Source of the DNA: Polyangiaceae bacterium
GTDB taxonomy: Bacteria > Myxococcota_A > Polyangia > Polyangiales > Polyangiaceae
Assembly: GCA_033763455.1 (NCBI GenBank)
Contig: JANRKO010000082.1
Span: forward strand, 14,146-78,145
DNA length: 64,000 nucleotides
Direction: 5' to 3'
The first letter of the stretch is position 1. The number at the start of each line of letters is the position of its first letter. A program made the position numbers and the translations under genes. Below the pieces are notes generated by a model. It did no database searches. It saw only the letters and a program-made list of their open reading frames with translations, and had not been told where the DNA came from. Below are positions 37,732 through 48,172 of this stretch, piece after piece.

Positions 37732-39650
37732 GACGTGCTCGCTTCTTGCTTTTGTTCGAGCGCCTCCCAGCGAGCCGTGAGCTTTGCCACCTCGGCCTGG
37801 GCGCGGTCGAGCTCAGCTTTCAAGCGCAGCGAGCCCTCCTTGTCTTTGTAGAGCTCGGGGTTGGCTAGTTGCTGCTCGATTTCGGCCACGCGCGCTTCAG
37901 CCGCTGCAACCTGATCCAAGATGCCAGCGAATTCCTTGCGTTCCGCTTGGGTTAGCCCTGGGCCTTTGGGCTTGTTACTCGGTCTTTCTGGGCGCACGTA
38001 GGTGCCATCCGCTTTGTCGCGGGCAACATCACGGCGCTCTTCAGCCTTCTCGATCGCGCGCGTTGCCTGGTAAGCGGAAAAGTTCCCAGGGTAGAGTCGA
38101 ACGCGGCCGTCTCCCAAAAACGCTAGGATGCTGGTTGCGAAACGGTCCAAGAAATAGCGATCGTGGGTGACCACGAGGGCAGCTCCCGCAAACGTCTGCA
38201 GCAGATCTTCAAGCGCTCCGAGCGTTGCGGTATCAAGATCGTTGGTGGGCTCATCGAGAAGCAGGACGTTCGCTGAGCCCTGGAGCATTTTCGCGAGACC
38301 CACGCGTGCTCGTTCGCCACCGGAGAGCGAACCGACAGGTTGGCGGACCTTGTCAGCAAAGAACAAGAACTTCTCAAGGTAACTGTAGGTGGAAATCTCT
38401 TGCCCCGCCCATGGCAACGATCGGCGATCCCCCGCAACGTTCTCCTGTATCGATAGCTTATCGTCGAGGTTGGAGCGCGCTTGGTCGAAGTAGGCAAAAA
38501 CGGTGTTTTTTCCGATTTTTGCCTGGCCCCGAGTCGGGGCGAGAGCTCCGGTGATGCACTTAAGAAGCGTCGTCTTGCCGGTGCCGTTGGTGCCGATGAT
38601 ACCCACGCGATCACCGCGCCTCAAATGGAGCGTCAGCGAATCGATCAGGGTTCGCCCTTCTATATCTAGGCCAACATCCGAGAGCTCTAGAATGCTCCCT
38701 CCAGTACGCTGGCTGCTCATTGCGAGTTCAACCGTGTCGTGTGTTCGTTGCGGCGCTTGCGCTACAGCCGTTTCAGCGCGCGAAATGCGAGCCTTCTGCT
38801 TGCCGGTGCGCGCTTTGGGCTGACGCCTCAGCCATTCAAGCTCCGTGCGGAGAAAATTCTGGCGGTTGGATTCGGTGCGGTCTAGGTGCGACTGACGCTC
38901 GGCCTTGGCCTGGAGGTACAGCTCCCATCCGCCTTCGTAGCGAAATACATTGCCGCCGTCGAGTTCCCAGGTTTGCTGAGCGATGCGATCCAGAAAATAA
39001 CGATCATGTGTGACTAGGAGCAGAGCGCCCTGAAACTGGTCCAAGAAATACTCTTCAAGCCACTCAATCGTCTCGACGTCCAAGTGATTGGTGGGTTCGT
39101 CGAGGATTGCCAGATCGGGTGCGAGGGTGAGCAAGCGAGCCAAAGCGACTCGTCGGCGCTCCCCGCCGCTCATGGTTCCGATCAATTGCCCTGGGCGTTT
39201 GATGCCTAGCTCTGTGAGCATGGCTTCGGCTCGTGACTGAACCGCCCAACCCCCGGCGAGCTCCAAGGCTGCTGCGGCATCTGCTTGCTGTTGGAGCAGG
39301 GCGTCGAGGTCGCCGGTTTGGGTCTCAAGCTGTCGAGAAACCTGGTCGTGTTCTTGCTTGGCGATGCGCCAGGCGGTTAGGCCATCAAGCGCCGTATCAA
39401 GCGCCGAGCGATCTTCGGGAAAACGAGGTTCCTGCGACAAGTATTCAATGGTGCTGCCTCGGCGGCGAGAAATTATGCCCCCATCTGCCTGCTGGATACC
39501 TGCCAAAATCTGCGCGAGGGTGCTTTTCCCCGTCCCATTGTTGCCCACGAGGCCAATGCGTTGACCCGAGTGAATCGACACTGAAACCCCCCGAAACAAG
39601 CGTTGGGGGCCGAAGCTCTTCTCTAGATCTTGCGCGGTAAGAATCGGCAC
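37728..39650 (-). CDS. uup: ABC-F family ATPase, Uup-like
   Basis: Two ABC domains with no TM; EWLRRQPKARTGKQKARI linker; C-terminal coiled coil ending ARWEALE. Confidence 0.8.
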   Translation of the reverse strand: MPILTAQDLEKSFGPQRLFRGVSVSIHSGQRIGLVGNNGTGKSTLAQILAGIQQADGGIISRRRGSTIEYLSQEPRFPEDRSALDTALDGLTAWRIAKQEHDQVSRQLETQTGDLDALLQQQADAAAALELAGGWAVQSRAEAMLTELGIKRPGQLIGTMSGGERRRVALARLLTLAPDLAILDEPTNHLDVETIEWLEEYFLDQFQGALLLVTHDRYFLDRIAQQTWELDGGNVFRYEGGWELYLQAKAERQSHLDRTESNRQNFLRTELEWLRRQPKARTGKQKARISRAETAVAQAPQRTHDTVELAMSSQRTGGSILELSDVGLDIEGRTLIDSLTLHLRRGDRVGIIGTNGTGKTTLLKCITGALAPTRGQAKIGKNTVFAYFDQARSNLDDKLSIQENVAGDRRSLPWAGQEISTYSYLEKFLFFADKVRQPVGSLSGGERARVGLAKMLQGSANVLLLDEPTNDLDTATLGALEDLLQTFAGAALVVTHDRYFLDRFATSILAFLGDGRVRLYPGNFSAYQATRAIEKAEERRDVARDKADGTYVRPERPSNKPKGPGLTQAERKEFAGILDQVAAAEARVAEIEQQLANPELYKDKEGSLRLKAELDRAQAEVAKLTARWEALEQKQEASTS

Positions 39651-40029
39651 GGTGACAACTTAACGCGAGCTGCGAAGGGGGTGGAATGGCGGCGAGGGAG
39701 GAGAGCCAGGCTTGTTTCGCTCAACGATGTGCCCGTTCCCGAACATCACCCAAGGCTCACGGCGCACGGCCTGCCAGGTTTACGGCGGAAGGTCAAGCGG
39801 TCGCCCGGTGGGCCAGTTGGGCCTCATTTGGCCTCGCGCATTGCAGCTGTTCTCTTTTGCATTGCAGTTTTGCAATGTGAGGGCCTGGGTGCGCTGCCGG
39901 GAATCGCAATCGGATGACAAAAGGAAATGTAACCGTTGATTCGGCGTTGACGTAACGCCTCATCTGATTAATGTTTGGGTCGAAACTTTGAACGGACAAC
40001 GTTCAACCAACCAAGAGAGAAGAATACAA

Positions 40030-40638
40030 ATGCCGAGACGAGGTAACCTCAGACATGGACACGCCCTGAGGGGGGACACGTCACCGGAGTATCATATCTG
40101 GCGATCGATGTGGGCCCGTTGCACGAATTCTAACGTTCCGAGTTACAAGAACTACGGCGGTCGCGGCATTACTGTTGCGCCGCGCTGGGAGAACTTCGAG
40201 AACTTTCTAAAGGACATGGGGCCGCGCCCTGCGGACACCCGCCTTGGCCGTGAGAACATCGACAAAGGCTACACGCCTCAGAATTGTCGTTGGGTATCGC
40301 TCGCTGAGAGCATGAATAACCGAACGGACAGCAAGTTCGTGAAGTACAAAGGCAAGGAACGCACGCTCGCACAGTGGTCGGACGTTCTCGGTATCAAGCG
40401 CTCCACGCTTTGGCACCGCCTTGCTAAGGGGTGGTCTGTCGAAGAAGCGTTCGCTCCGCCGACGCGTACATCGACGGGTGGCCAGAAGCCTGCGAAGAAA
40501 GCCGCTTCTAAGGCAGCCGCAAAAGGCGCTCCTAAGAAGGCAGCCGCCAAGGCACTTCCTGCCAAAGCAGCCGCTCCCAAGGCCAAGAAGGCACCGGCAA
40601 AGAAGAAGAAGGCCGCCAAAAAAGGCCGCGGTCGCTAA
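40030..40638 (+). CDS. Phage-type HNH homing-endonuclease homologue (degenerate active site) with HTH and histone-H1-like Lys/Ala/Pro tail
   Basis: EY.IW.SM..RC.N...Y.NYGGRGI.V..RW..FENFL.DMG.RP...GY...NCRW...NN, then TLAQW...GI...TL..R...GW, then PAKKAA-type tail. Confidence 0.8.
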   Translation: MPRRGNLRHGHALRGDTSPEYHIWRSMWARCTNSNVPSYKNYGGRGITVAPRWENFENFLKDMGPRPADTRLGRENIDKGYTPQNCRWVSLAESMNNRTDSKFVKYKGKERTLAQWSDVLGIKRSTLWHRLAKGWSVEEAFAPPTRTSTGGQKPAKKAASKAAAKGAPKKAAAKALPAKAAAPKAKKAPAKKKKAAKKGRGR

Positions 40639-40744
40639 GCTTCACGCGTAAGTAAGTCGGCATCCTGTCCGCGCGTGCTTTGCAGCCTGAAGCGCGCGCG
40701 GCGGGGCTGGCGTCTGCCAGGCTTTGAAGGCAAGCTTGGGGACA

Positions 40745-41497
40745 ATGTGTGGTCGGTATTCGAACACCGCGGAGTTAAGTGAGATCGCCCTCACGTTCGA
40801 CGCCGATGTCAGCCAAGTGAGTGGTTGGCGCCCCACTTACAACATCTCGCCCTCGTGGGGCCCGGGTTTTGAACAGCTGATAGTTGTTGCACCCGGTGAA
40901 GCCGAGCGCTCGGTTCGGTTAGCTCGGTTTTGGTTGATTCCTAAGTTTTGGAAGAAGCCGCTCAAGGAGCTCCCTACGGCGTTCAACGCCCGCTCCGAAG
41001 ACATTGAGCGGCGTGCGTTCTTTCGCGAATCATTGCGTGCCCAACGTTGTTTGATTCCGGCCACGGGCTGGCGCGAGTTCGTGGGTAATCAGGGTAAAAA
41101 GCAGCCTTTTCACTTTCGGTCGGAGGCTCCGCTCTTTGCTTTCGCGGGGCTTTGGTCAAGCTGGGTTTCTCCCGAGGGGGTGGGGGTAGATACGTTTGCC
41201 ATCATCACCACAGCTCCAGGCCCAACCGCCCGGGCCGTGCATGATCGCATGCCGTTGGCTATGCCCCCGACTTTGTACGGGGATTGGTTGGGCAACCAAG
41301 TGGCTCCCGAAGCGTGCTTGGAGGAAGCCATCCAAGTCAGTCTGAGCGCTCCGCTTTCGGTCTACGCCTCCGATCCGATCGGTAACAATCCACGTTTTGA
41401 GGGTCCGGAGGTGTTAAAGGCGGCGCCGCAGCCACAGCAAGGAGCCCTGTTCGGTGCCACCGTGCAACGTGGGGCGAGCTCCAAGACGAAGCGCTAG
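40745..41497 (+). CDS. SOS response-associated peptidase (SRAP/YedK/HMCES family)
   Basis: N-terminal MCGRY, YNISP, FNARSE, RCLIPA.G..E, FAGLW, HDRMP. Confidence 0.92.
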   Translation: MCGRYSNTAELSEIALTFDADVSQVSGWRPTYNISPSWGPGFEQLIVVAPGEAERSVRLARFWLIPKFWKKPLKELPTAFNARSEDIERRAFFRESLRAQRCLIPATGWREFVGNQGKKQPFHFRSEAPLFAFAGLWSSWVSPEGVGVDTFAIITTAPGPTARAVHDRMPLAMPPTLYGDWLGNQVAPEACLEEAIQVSLSAPLSVYASDPIGNNPRFEGPEVLKAAPQPQQGALFGATVQRGASSKTKR

Positions 41498-42717
41498 CGT
41501 ATCAGAAATGCGGCACCTGCGAGCGCCAGGATCAGCACAAGCCCTAGCGCCAGCAACCACATCTTGGTTGCACCTTTTGGTTCAGGCGCGCGCGGGGGGC
41601 GGGCCTTGGATGCAGCGTTTGCGGGGCGTTTCCCGGGGGGGAGCGAGGTTGGTGCTCCGCGGTTCTGTAGGCTTGCGTCCCCTTCTCGCGGCAAACCGAC
41701 GTCGGCATTCTTGTAGTTCCGTAGGTCTTCTAGGAACGCGCGGATGGTTCGATACCGAGCTTGGGAGGCTCGTGCTGTGCCTCTGCGAATCACGCGGGTG
41801 ATGCCGTCCGGCACGAGTTTGGAGAGCGCGTCGAGCTTGGGTAGGGGAGAAGGGTCAGGTGGTGGGGTTTCGCCCAAGAACACAAAGTGAGCTAGCTGCG
41901 CCAAGCTGTACACGTCGACAGTTGCGTCCAATAAGATGCCTTTGAGAACTTCAGGCGCAGCGAATGCCTTGTATTCGTTGTCGAGCTCATCGGCGCGTGT
42001 CATGTGGTCCGCGATGCTGATGGTGCCCGCCTCCGTGATCACGGGCATGAGATCGTCATTAAGCAATACGTTGCTCGGGCACAGGCAGCCGTGGATAAGG
42101 CCTAATTCGTGGATCGCCTGGAGGGCGCCCCCAACCGCTTGGATGAACGCTAGCTTCTGCTCCAGGCTCCAACGCAGTGCGGATAGGTCCGCTGTGCTGC
42201 CGACTGTCCAGAGGTCGCTCAAGAAAGCGCCTTGTTCTTCGTACACCGCGTGGACGGCCAAGATATCTCTGCGGTCCTGTAGCTCTCGCATGACCCGGGC
42301 GCCCGCCAAGAACAACTGCTGCTCCAGCGGCGCCGCGGTGCCACTCACACGGGTAAGTAGACGCTCTGTCCCTTCCGGCGTGCGCACGCGAAAACGTGAC
42401 GTTGCGCCGCGCGAAGGTAACGCTTCAAGCAACTCAAATCCCAAACTAGCCAAAAGCGAGTTATTGGAAAGTGGAGCTGCGGAAACGGGGGCTTGAGAGA
42501 GCGGTGGTGCGGGCTCAGCTGGAGCTACGGGAGGGGCCTGAACTGGAACGACGCGAGGAGCAGCAGCAGGCTTGGGTGCAGCGACGTGAGGAGCGGCGGG
42601 TTTAGGAGCGGGAACGGGGGGAGCGGCAACAGCTCGGTTCGGTGTTGGTGGTGGGGGCGGACGCCGTGGCGGCGGGCCTCCCGGCGTGGGAGGTTTGGGG
42701 GCGTTGGGATCGCTCAT
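41494..42717 (-). CDS. Ser/Thr kinase-fold pseudokinase with Pro-rich N-terminus and C-terminal TM
   Basis: IHGCLCPSNVLL, ITEAG, FAAPE, DVYSL; catalytic residues substituted. Confidence 0.7.
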   Translation of the reverse strand: MSDPNAPKPPTPGGPPPRRPPPPPTPNRAVAAPPVPAPKPAAPHVAAPKPAAAPRVVPVQAPPVAPAEPAPPLSQAPVSAAPLSNNSLLASLGFELLEALPSRGATSRFRVRTPEGTERLLTRVSGTAAPLEQQLFLAGARVMRELQDRRDILAVHAVYEEQGAFLSDLWTVGSTADLSALRWSLEQKLAFIQAVGGALQAIHELGLIHGCLCPSNVLLNDDLMPVITEAGTISIADHMTRADELDNEYKAFAAPEVLKGILLDATVDVYSLAQLAHFVFLGETPPPDPSPLPKLDALSKLVPDGITRVIRRGTARASQARYRTIRAFLEDLRNYKNADVGLPREGDASLQNRGAPTSLPPGKRPANAASKARPPRAPEPKGATKMWLLALGLVLILALAGAAFLIR

Positions 42718-42739
42718 GGTGTGCCTGCTAGAGGCTCGA

Positions 42740-43090
42740 TCAGGCGGAAAGGCCGCGCCCGAACAATACGCCGACATAGCGACGAAGTTTGGTGAGCGAG
42801 CCGTCGTCGATAGTCGTAAGCTCGCCACCACAGGCTCCGTTTGGGATGCCGGCTGTGTGGCGAATGGTCAATTCTGCGGCGAACGGGGGCAAGTTGGGCA
42901 GCTGTACCATGACGTTCAGGGTTTGTCCGGCTTTCCACTCTGCGGAAGCTGCGTCTAAGAGGAACCCAAATCCGCTAATGCTCACGTCCACAACCATCAG
43001 CCGCGCGCCGTTCGCCTCCAGACATTCGACTAAGATGTCATAGTCGCTGGCAGGTCTAACCCGGACGTGGCGTCTTCGTTCTTGTCCCAC
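42740..43090 (-). CDS. Single-domain PilZ protein
   Basis: ERRRHVR (RxxxR) and DVSISG (DxSxxG). Confidence 0.85.
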   Translation of the reverse strand: MGQERRRHVRVRPASDYDILVECLEANGARLMVVDVSISGFGFLLDAASAEWKAGQTLNVMVQLPNLPPFAAELTIRHTAGIPNGACGGELTTIDDGSLTKLRRYVGVLFGRGLSA

Positions 43091-43185
43091 GGGGTGAAAG
43101 ACGGCACATTTGCCCCAGTGCTACAGGGCGGGGGCTTCGTTTTTCGGCGGTGTGCTGGGAAAAACAGGGTGCTAGGCTCCCGCCG

Positions 43186-45186
43186 ATGGCTCCTTTTTCC
43201 GACGTTCCGGCGTCTTCCGTCCCCTGGGTCGACATTCTCGAAGCCCCGAATAGCAGCCTTTTTGAGATAGATGAGTCTCGCCCCGGCCCGGTGGGCAAGC
43301 TCCCACTCACCCCAAACGATCTGCTGCGGCGCCCGAGCGGGGACCTTTTCGGGTGGACGCAAAATGTAGGCATGGGGCTGCGGCCGGAAGAGTTGGGGCG
43401 GCCGGAGGTTTTGATCCTCAGTACGCAAGGTGGGATGCGCTCCTCAGATGGGCAGCCCATTGCGCTCGGGTTCCATACGGGCCACTTCGAGGTTGGGCGA
43501 TTGGTGGAAGCGGCAGCGCTTGAGTTCCGCAAGCAGCGCATGATCCCTTTTGCCGGGCACTGCAGCGATCCGTGCGACGGCCGCACTCAGGGCACCAGCG
43601 GCATGTTCGACAGCTTACCGTATCGTAACGACGCGGCCATCGTGTTGCGGCGCTTGGTCCGTTCACTGCCAACACGGCGCGGGGTCCTGGGCGTAGCAAC
43701 CTGCGACAAGGGTTTGCCTGCCATGATGATGGCGCTTTCAAGCTTCCCCGATCTACCCACAGTGATTGTTCCGGGCGGCGTTACGTTGCCCGCGAGTGAC
43801 GGCGAAGATGCCGGCAAAGTGCAGACCATTGGTGCTCGCTTCGCTCACGGGCAAATCACACTCGAGCAAGCCCAAGATCTTGGGTGCCGTGCTTGTGGTA
43901 GCCCAGGTGGCGGATGCCAATTCCTAGGCACGGCCGCAACTTCGCAGGTGGTGGCGGAGGCTTTGGGTTTGGCTCTCCCCCACACGGCGCTTGCACCATC
44001 CGGTCAAGAGATTTGGCTACACGGGGCACGCCAAAGTGCACTCGCATTGCTTCGCCAGTTAACGCTAGGTATCTCGACGCGCCACATTCTCACGCCCGCC
44101 GCGCTCAAGAACGCTATGCTCGTTTTTGCAGCTTGTGGTGGCTCCACCAATTTGCTTTTGCATATTCCGGCCATTGCGCACGCGGCCGGTTTGCCAATTC
44201 CGACAGTTGAAGATTGGATCCAGGTTCATCGCGCCGTGCCGCGCATCGTTGATAGCTTGCCGAATGGCGTACATCCCACGGTGCGGGTGTTTCTTGCCGG
44301 CGGCGTTCCCGAAGTCATGCTCCAGCTTTCCGATCTTGGCCTTTTGGATCGCTCCGTGCTGACCGCGCTCGGGACACCCTTGGGCGATGTGCTTGACTGG
44401 TGGCGTGGCTCAGAGCGGCGTCAGAAGGTACGCGCGTTGCTGCGCGAAAAGACAGGTGTGGATGCCGGTGAGGTGATCTTCGAACCTGCGCGCGCAAAAG
44501 CACGGGGCATGACCAGTACTATCACGTTTCTCTCGGGAAATCTTTGCCCGGAAGGCGCGGTTATCAAAAGCACGGCCATCGATCCTTCGGTTATTAATGC
44601 GGACGGTGTGTATCGGCTAGTGGGGCCCGTGCGAGTGTTCCCAAGTGAGGCCAAAGCGATCGAAGCTATCAAGGATTCTGGCGAAAACGGCATCCAGGCG
44701 GGCGAGGTTCTGTGCCTGATCGGTGGCGGCCCCATGGGCTCCGGGATGGAGGAGGTGTACCAGGTGACCTCCGCTCTAAAGTATCATCCGCACGCCAAGC
44801 AGGTCGCATTGATCACGGATGCTCGGTTTTCAGGAGTATCCACGGGCCCATGCGTGGGACACGTGAGTCCCGAAGCGCTTGCTGGCGGCCCCATTGGTCG
44901 CTTACGCGACGGAGATCTCATCGAGGTGGCCATAGATACACGGACGTTGATCGGCAGGCTCAACGTGGTGCGAAGAGAAGCCGATGCCGTTATCCCAGAT
45001 GCGAGCGCCCTCGAACGTCGTGGCCCTCATCCGGACTTGGCGCCGGCCCCAGAGCTTCCCGATGACACGCGGCTTTGGGCAGCCCTTCAAGATCTGAGCG
45101 GGGGCGTCTGGAAAGGTGCCGTTTATGACGCAGACAAGATCCTGCGCGTGCTCGACGCTGGCAAACGTGCGCTAGGTCTAGGTTAG
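43186..45186 (+). CDS. YjhG/YagF-family D-xylonate dehydratase (IlvD/Edd superfamily)
   Basis: [58 protein letters not shown]. Confidence 0.85.
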   Translation: MAPFSDVPASSVPWVDILEAPNSSLFEIDESRPGPVGKLPLTPNDLLRRPSGDLFGWTQNVGMGLRPEELGRPEVLILSTQGGMRSSDGQPIALGFHTGHFEVGRLVEAAALEFRKQRMIPFAGHCSDPCDGRTQGTSGMFDSLPYRNDAAIVLRRLVRSLPTRRGVLGVATCDKGLPAMMMALSSFPDLPTVIVPGGVTLPASDGEDAGKVQTIGARFAHGQITLEQAQDLGCRACGSPGGGCQFLGTAATSQVVAEALGLALPHTALAPSGQEIWLHGARQSALALLRQLTLGISTRHILTPAALKNAMLVFAACGGSTNLLLHIPAIAHAAGLPIPTVEDWIQVHRAVPRIVDSLPNGVHPTVRVFLAGGVPEVMLQLSDLGLLDRSVLTALGTPLGDVLDWWRGSERRQKVRALLREKTGVDAGEVIFEPARAKARGMTSTITFLSGNLCPEGAVIKSTAIDPSVINADGVYRLVGPVRVFPSEAKAIEAIKDSGENGIQAGEVLCLIGGGPMGSGMEEVYQVTSALKYHPHAKQVALITDARFSGVSTGPCVGHVSPEALAGGPIGRLRDGDLIEVAIDTRTLIGRLNVVRREADAVIPDASALERRGPHPDLAPAPELPDDTRLWAALQDLSGGVWKGAVYDADKILRVLDAGKRALGLG

Positions 45187-45317
45187 GCGCTTACTTGGCG
45201 AACGCAAACGCAGTCGGGGCCTGTGCTGCCTGGACGCCCTTCTGTTTGCCGCGAGAGGTACTTGTCATGCGAAGTACTTGGGTCGTTCGAAAACATGGGT
45301 GCCACAGCGGCTGGCGA

Positions 45318-45353
45318 CGCTTCGCGCGCGAGCCGCGCTTCGCGCGCGAGCCG
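45318..45353. repeat. 18-bp tandem, near-palindromic GC-rich repeat x2, plus a degenerate third copy
   Basis: CGCTTCGCGCGCGAGCCG at 45318 and 45336, between convergent genes. Confidence 0.8.
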
Positions 45354-45379
45354 CCTCCCGCGCGCAAATATTAAACGAG

Positions 45380-47953
45380 CTATCGGAGGATTGGCAGGCT
45401 GGCGTGCGAAGCCTTGTGGGTGAAGCTTGGGAGCTCGTTGAAATTCAGGTAGCGGTAAAGGCTCGGCGCCATGCTGTCGATCTTGCCCGCGTACTTTTGA
45501 TATTCCTCGGCGGTTGGCAGGCGACCCAAGAGGGACGCCACCGCGGCGAGCTCAGCGGAGGCTAGGTAAACGTTGGCACCTTTGCCGAGGCGATTGGGGA
45601 AGTTGCGTGTTGAGGTGGATACCACCGTGGAATTGGGAGCCACGCGCGCCTGATTGCCCATGCACAGCGAACAGCCTGGCATTTCCGTACGTGCGCCAGC
45701 TTGGGCAAACATGCTGTAAAAGCCCTCTTCGCGAAGCTGGGCTTCGTCCATTTTGGTGGGCGGCGCTACCCATAGACGCGTAGGAACCGGCTCTTTGTGT
45801 TGCTGGAGCAAGGTAGCCGCGGCGCGAAAATGCCCGATGTTCGTCATGCACGAACCGATGAAAACCTCATCGATTTTCGCTCCCGCAACGGCAGATAGGG
45901 GCCGCACGTCGTCTGGATCATTGGGGCACGCCAAGAGGGGCTCTTTGACTTCGTTCATGTCGATTTCAAGCACAGCCGCGTATTCAGCGTCGGCGTCGGC
46001 CACCAATAGATCCGGGTTCGCCAGCCACCTCTCCATGGCCTGTGCCCGCCGCTCTAAGGTGCGGACGTCGCCGTAGCCCTCTGCTATCATCCAGCGGAGC
46101 ATTATTACATTCGAACGCAGGTACTCGGCAATCGGCTCGGGATTGAGCTTGATGGTGCACCCGGCTGCGGAGCGTTCTGCGGTGGCGTCGCTCAACTCGA
46201 AAGCTTGTTCTACCTTCAGATCGGGCAGCCCTTCAATTTCCAAGATCTTTCCCGAGAAGATGTTCTTTTTGCCCTGAGTGTCGAGCGTGAGCAGCCCTTT
46301 TTGGAGCGCAGCGTATGGGATTGCATTGACGAGATCCCGGAGCGTAATTCCCGGCTGCATTTTGCCTTTGAAACGCACCAGTACACTTTCGGGCATGTCG
46401 AGCGGCATCACGCCGAGGGCGCCAGCGAAGGCGACCAGGCCTGAACCTGCTGGAAAGGATATGCCGAGTGGGAAGCGCGTGTGTGAATCGCCACCGGTGC
46501 CGACTTGATCAGGCAAAAGCATGCGATTGAGCCAAGAATGAATGATGCCGTCGCCGGGGCGTAACGAGATACCTCCGCGATTCGTTATGAAATCCGGCAA
46601 GGTGTGCTGTGTCTCAATGTCTACGGGCTTCGGATAGGCGGCCGTGTGACAGAAGGATTGTAGCACCAGATCTGCGGAGAACCCGAGGCAGGCTAGCTCC
46701 TTCAGCTCGTCGCGCGTCATCGGTCCGGTTGTATCCTGGGAACCCACCGTTGACATTTTTGGTTCACAATAGGTACCGGGCCGTACGCCGGGTACGCCGC
46801 AAGCACGCCCGACAATTTTCTGCGCCAACGTAAACCCTTTACCGGTGTCAATCGGATCCTTGGGGCGCTCGAATACTTCGGACGGTGGCAAGCCGAGGGA
46901 TTCCCGTGCACGCCCCGTTAAGCTGCGACCGATGATGAGCGGAATGCGCCCGCCAGCTCGCACTTCGTCGAGCAAGATGCTCGTTTTCAGCTGGAAGTGC
47001 GCCACCACTTCGCCTTTTTCGTTCTCTATTTTACCTTCGTAGGGGAAAAGGTGAATCACATCACCCATGTTGAGCTTCGAGACGTCACACTCGATGGCGA
47101 GCGCACCGGAATCTTCCAATGTGTTGAAGAAGATGGGAGCAATCTTCCCACCCAACACAAAGCCTCCCGAACGCTTATTGGGAATGTAGGGAATATCCGT
47201 ACCGAAATGCCAAAGCACGGAATTGGTGGCGCTTTTGCGGGAAGAGCCGGTGCCCACCACGTCGCCAACATAGGCCACCGGGTGCCCCTTAGCCTTAACC
47301 TCTTTGATTTGGGAGAGCGCATCATGGATACCCTCTCTCGGGTTTTTCAGCATCGCCTGAGCATGAAGCGGGATATCAGGCCGCGACCACGCATCTTGGG
47401 CGGGCGAAAGATCATCCGTGTTGGTTTCGCCTTTTACTTTGAACACAGTGAGGGTGATACGGTCGGCGAGCTTTGGCCGACGCGTGAACCAGTCTGCATT
47501 GGCCCATGCTTGCATTACCTGCATGGCGTGGGGGTTTTTAGCTTTGGCTCGGGTATCCACATCGTGGAAAGCATCAAACATGAGGAGCGTTGTCTCAAGT
47601 TGACGTGCGGCGTGGGGTGCGAGTTCGGCGTTGTCGAGCAAGCCCACTAGAGTAGAAATGTTGTAACCGCCGAGCATCGTGCCCAGAATTTCGATGGCTC
47701 GCACTTTGTCGATCAACGGTGACGTTGCTTCGCCTGCCGTAATCGCTGTGAGAAACCCGGCCTTCACGTACGCGGCGTCATCCACGCCACCTGGGATGCG
47801 CTGGGTCAGCAGATCCAACAAGAATGCTTCTTCGCCAGGCGGGGGGGCTTTCAGCAATTCAACGAGAGCTTGCGCTTGCTGAGCGCTCAAGGGCTCGGGG
47901 ACAACGCCTAAGGCGGCGCGCTCTTCAACGTGTTGGCGATATTCTTTAAGCAT
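45380..47953 (-). CDS. acnB: Aconitate hydratase B
   Basis: [73 protein letters not shown]. Confidence 0.98.
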   Translation of the reverse strand: MLKEYRQHVEERAALGVVPEPLSAQQAQALVELLKAPPPGEEAFLLDLLTQRIPGGVDDAAYVKAGFLTAITAGEATSPLIDKVRAIEILGTMLGGYNISTLVGLLDNAELAPHAARQLETTLLMFDAFHDVDTRAKAKNPHAMQVMQAWANADWFTRRPKLADRITLTVFKVKGETNTDDLSPAQDAWSRPDIPLHAQAMLKNPREGIHDALSQIKEVKAKGHPVAYVGDVVGTGSSRKSATNSVLWHFGTDIPYIPNKRSGGFVLGGKIAPIFFNTLEDSGALAIECDVSKLNMGDVIHLFPYEGKIENEKGEVVAHFQLKTSILLDEVRAGGRIPLIIGRSLTGRARESLGLPPSEVFERPKDPIDTGKGFTLAQKIVGRACGVPGVRPGTYCEPKMSTVGSQDTTGPMTRDELKELACLGFSADLVLQSFCHTAAYPKPVDIETQHTLPDFITNRGGISLRPGDGIIHSWLNRMLLPDQVGTGGDSHTRFPLGISFPAGSGLVAFAGALGVMPLDMPESVLVRFKGKMQPGITLRDLVNAIPYAALQKGLLTLDTQGKKNIFSGKILEIEGLPDLKVEQAFELSDATAERSAAGCTIKLNPEPIAEYLRSNVIMLRWMIAEGYGDVRTLERRAQAMERWLANPDLLVADADAEYAAVLEIDMNEVKEPLLACPNDPDDVRPLSAVAGAKIDEVFIGSCMTNIGHFRAAATLLQQHKEPVPTRLWVAPPTKMDEAQLREEGFYSMFAQAGARTEMPGCSLCMGNQARVAPNSTVVSTSTRNFPNRLGKGANVYLASAELAAVASLLGRLPTAEEYQKYAGKIDSMAPSLYRYLNFNELPSFTHKASHASLPILR

Positions 47954-48108
47954 TGAGGCAGCTCCTAGGATGGGCATATGCCAGGGGTCTGACTGGGAAG
48001 TCTAGCGCGGTCGAGCGCCAGAATTCGTCTCTCGGTCGTCGGGGCGTGGATGAGTCAGCAGGTTCTGTGAAGAGCCGCCTCGGGAACGTTTCGGGATGCA
48101 CAAAACGG

Positions 48109-48138
48109 GAAGAGCCCCGAATTCCTTCAGGGCTCTTC
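48109..48138 (-). terminator. Probable intrinsic terminator of the RRM gene
   Basis: GAAGAGCCC...GGGCTCTTC stem, followed on the minus strand by CCGTTTTG, about 35 bp after the stop. Confidence 0.6.
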
Positions 48139-48172
48139 GAACCATTAATGGGTAGCTGTAGAAGCTTCTCGC

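Noticed and set aside
39760..39775. Third sigma54 promoter (CGGCGCACGGCCTGCC)
   Set aside because: GG-N10-GC spacing fits, but the match to TGGCAC/TTGC is poor and likely chance in GC-rich DNA.
39700..41500. Prophage or mobile element around the HNH and SRAP genes
   Set aside because: No integrase, structural genes, att-like repeats or intron context; flanks are ordinary chromosomal genes.
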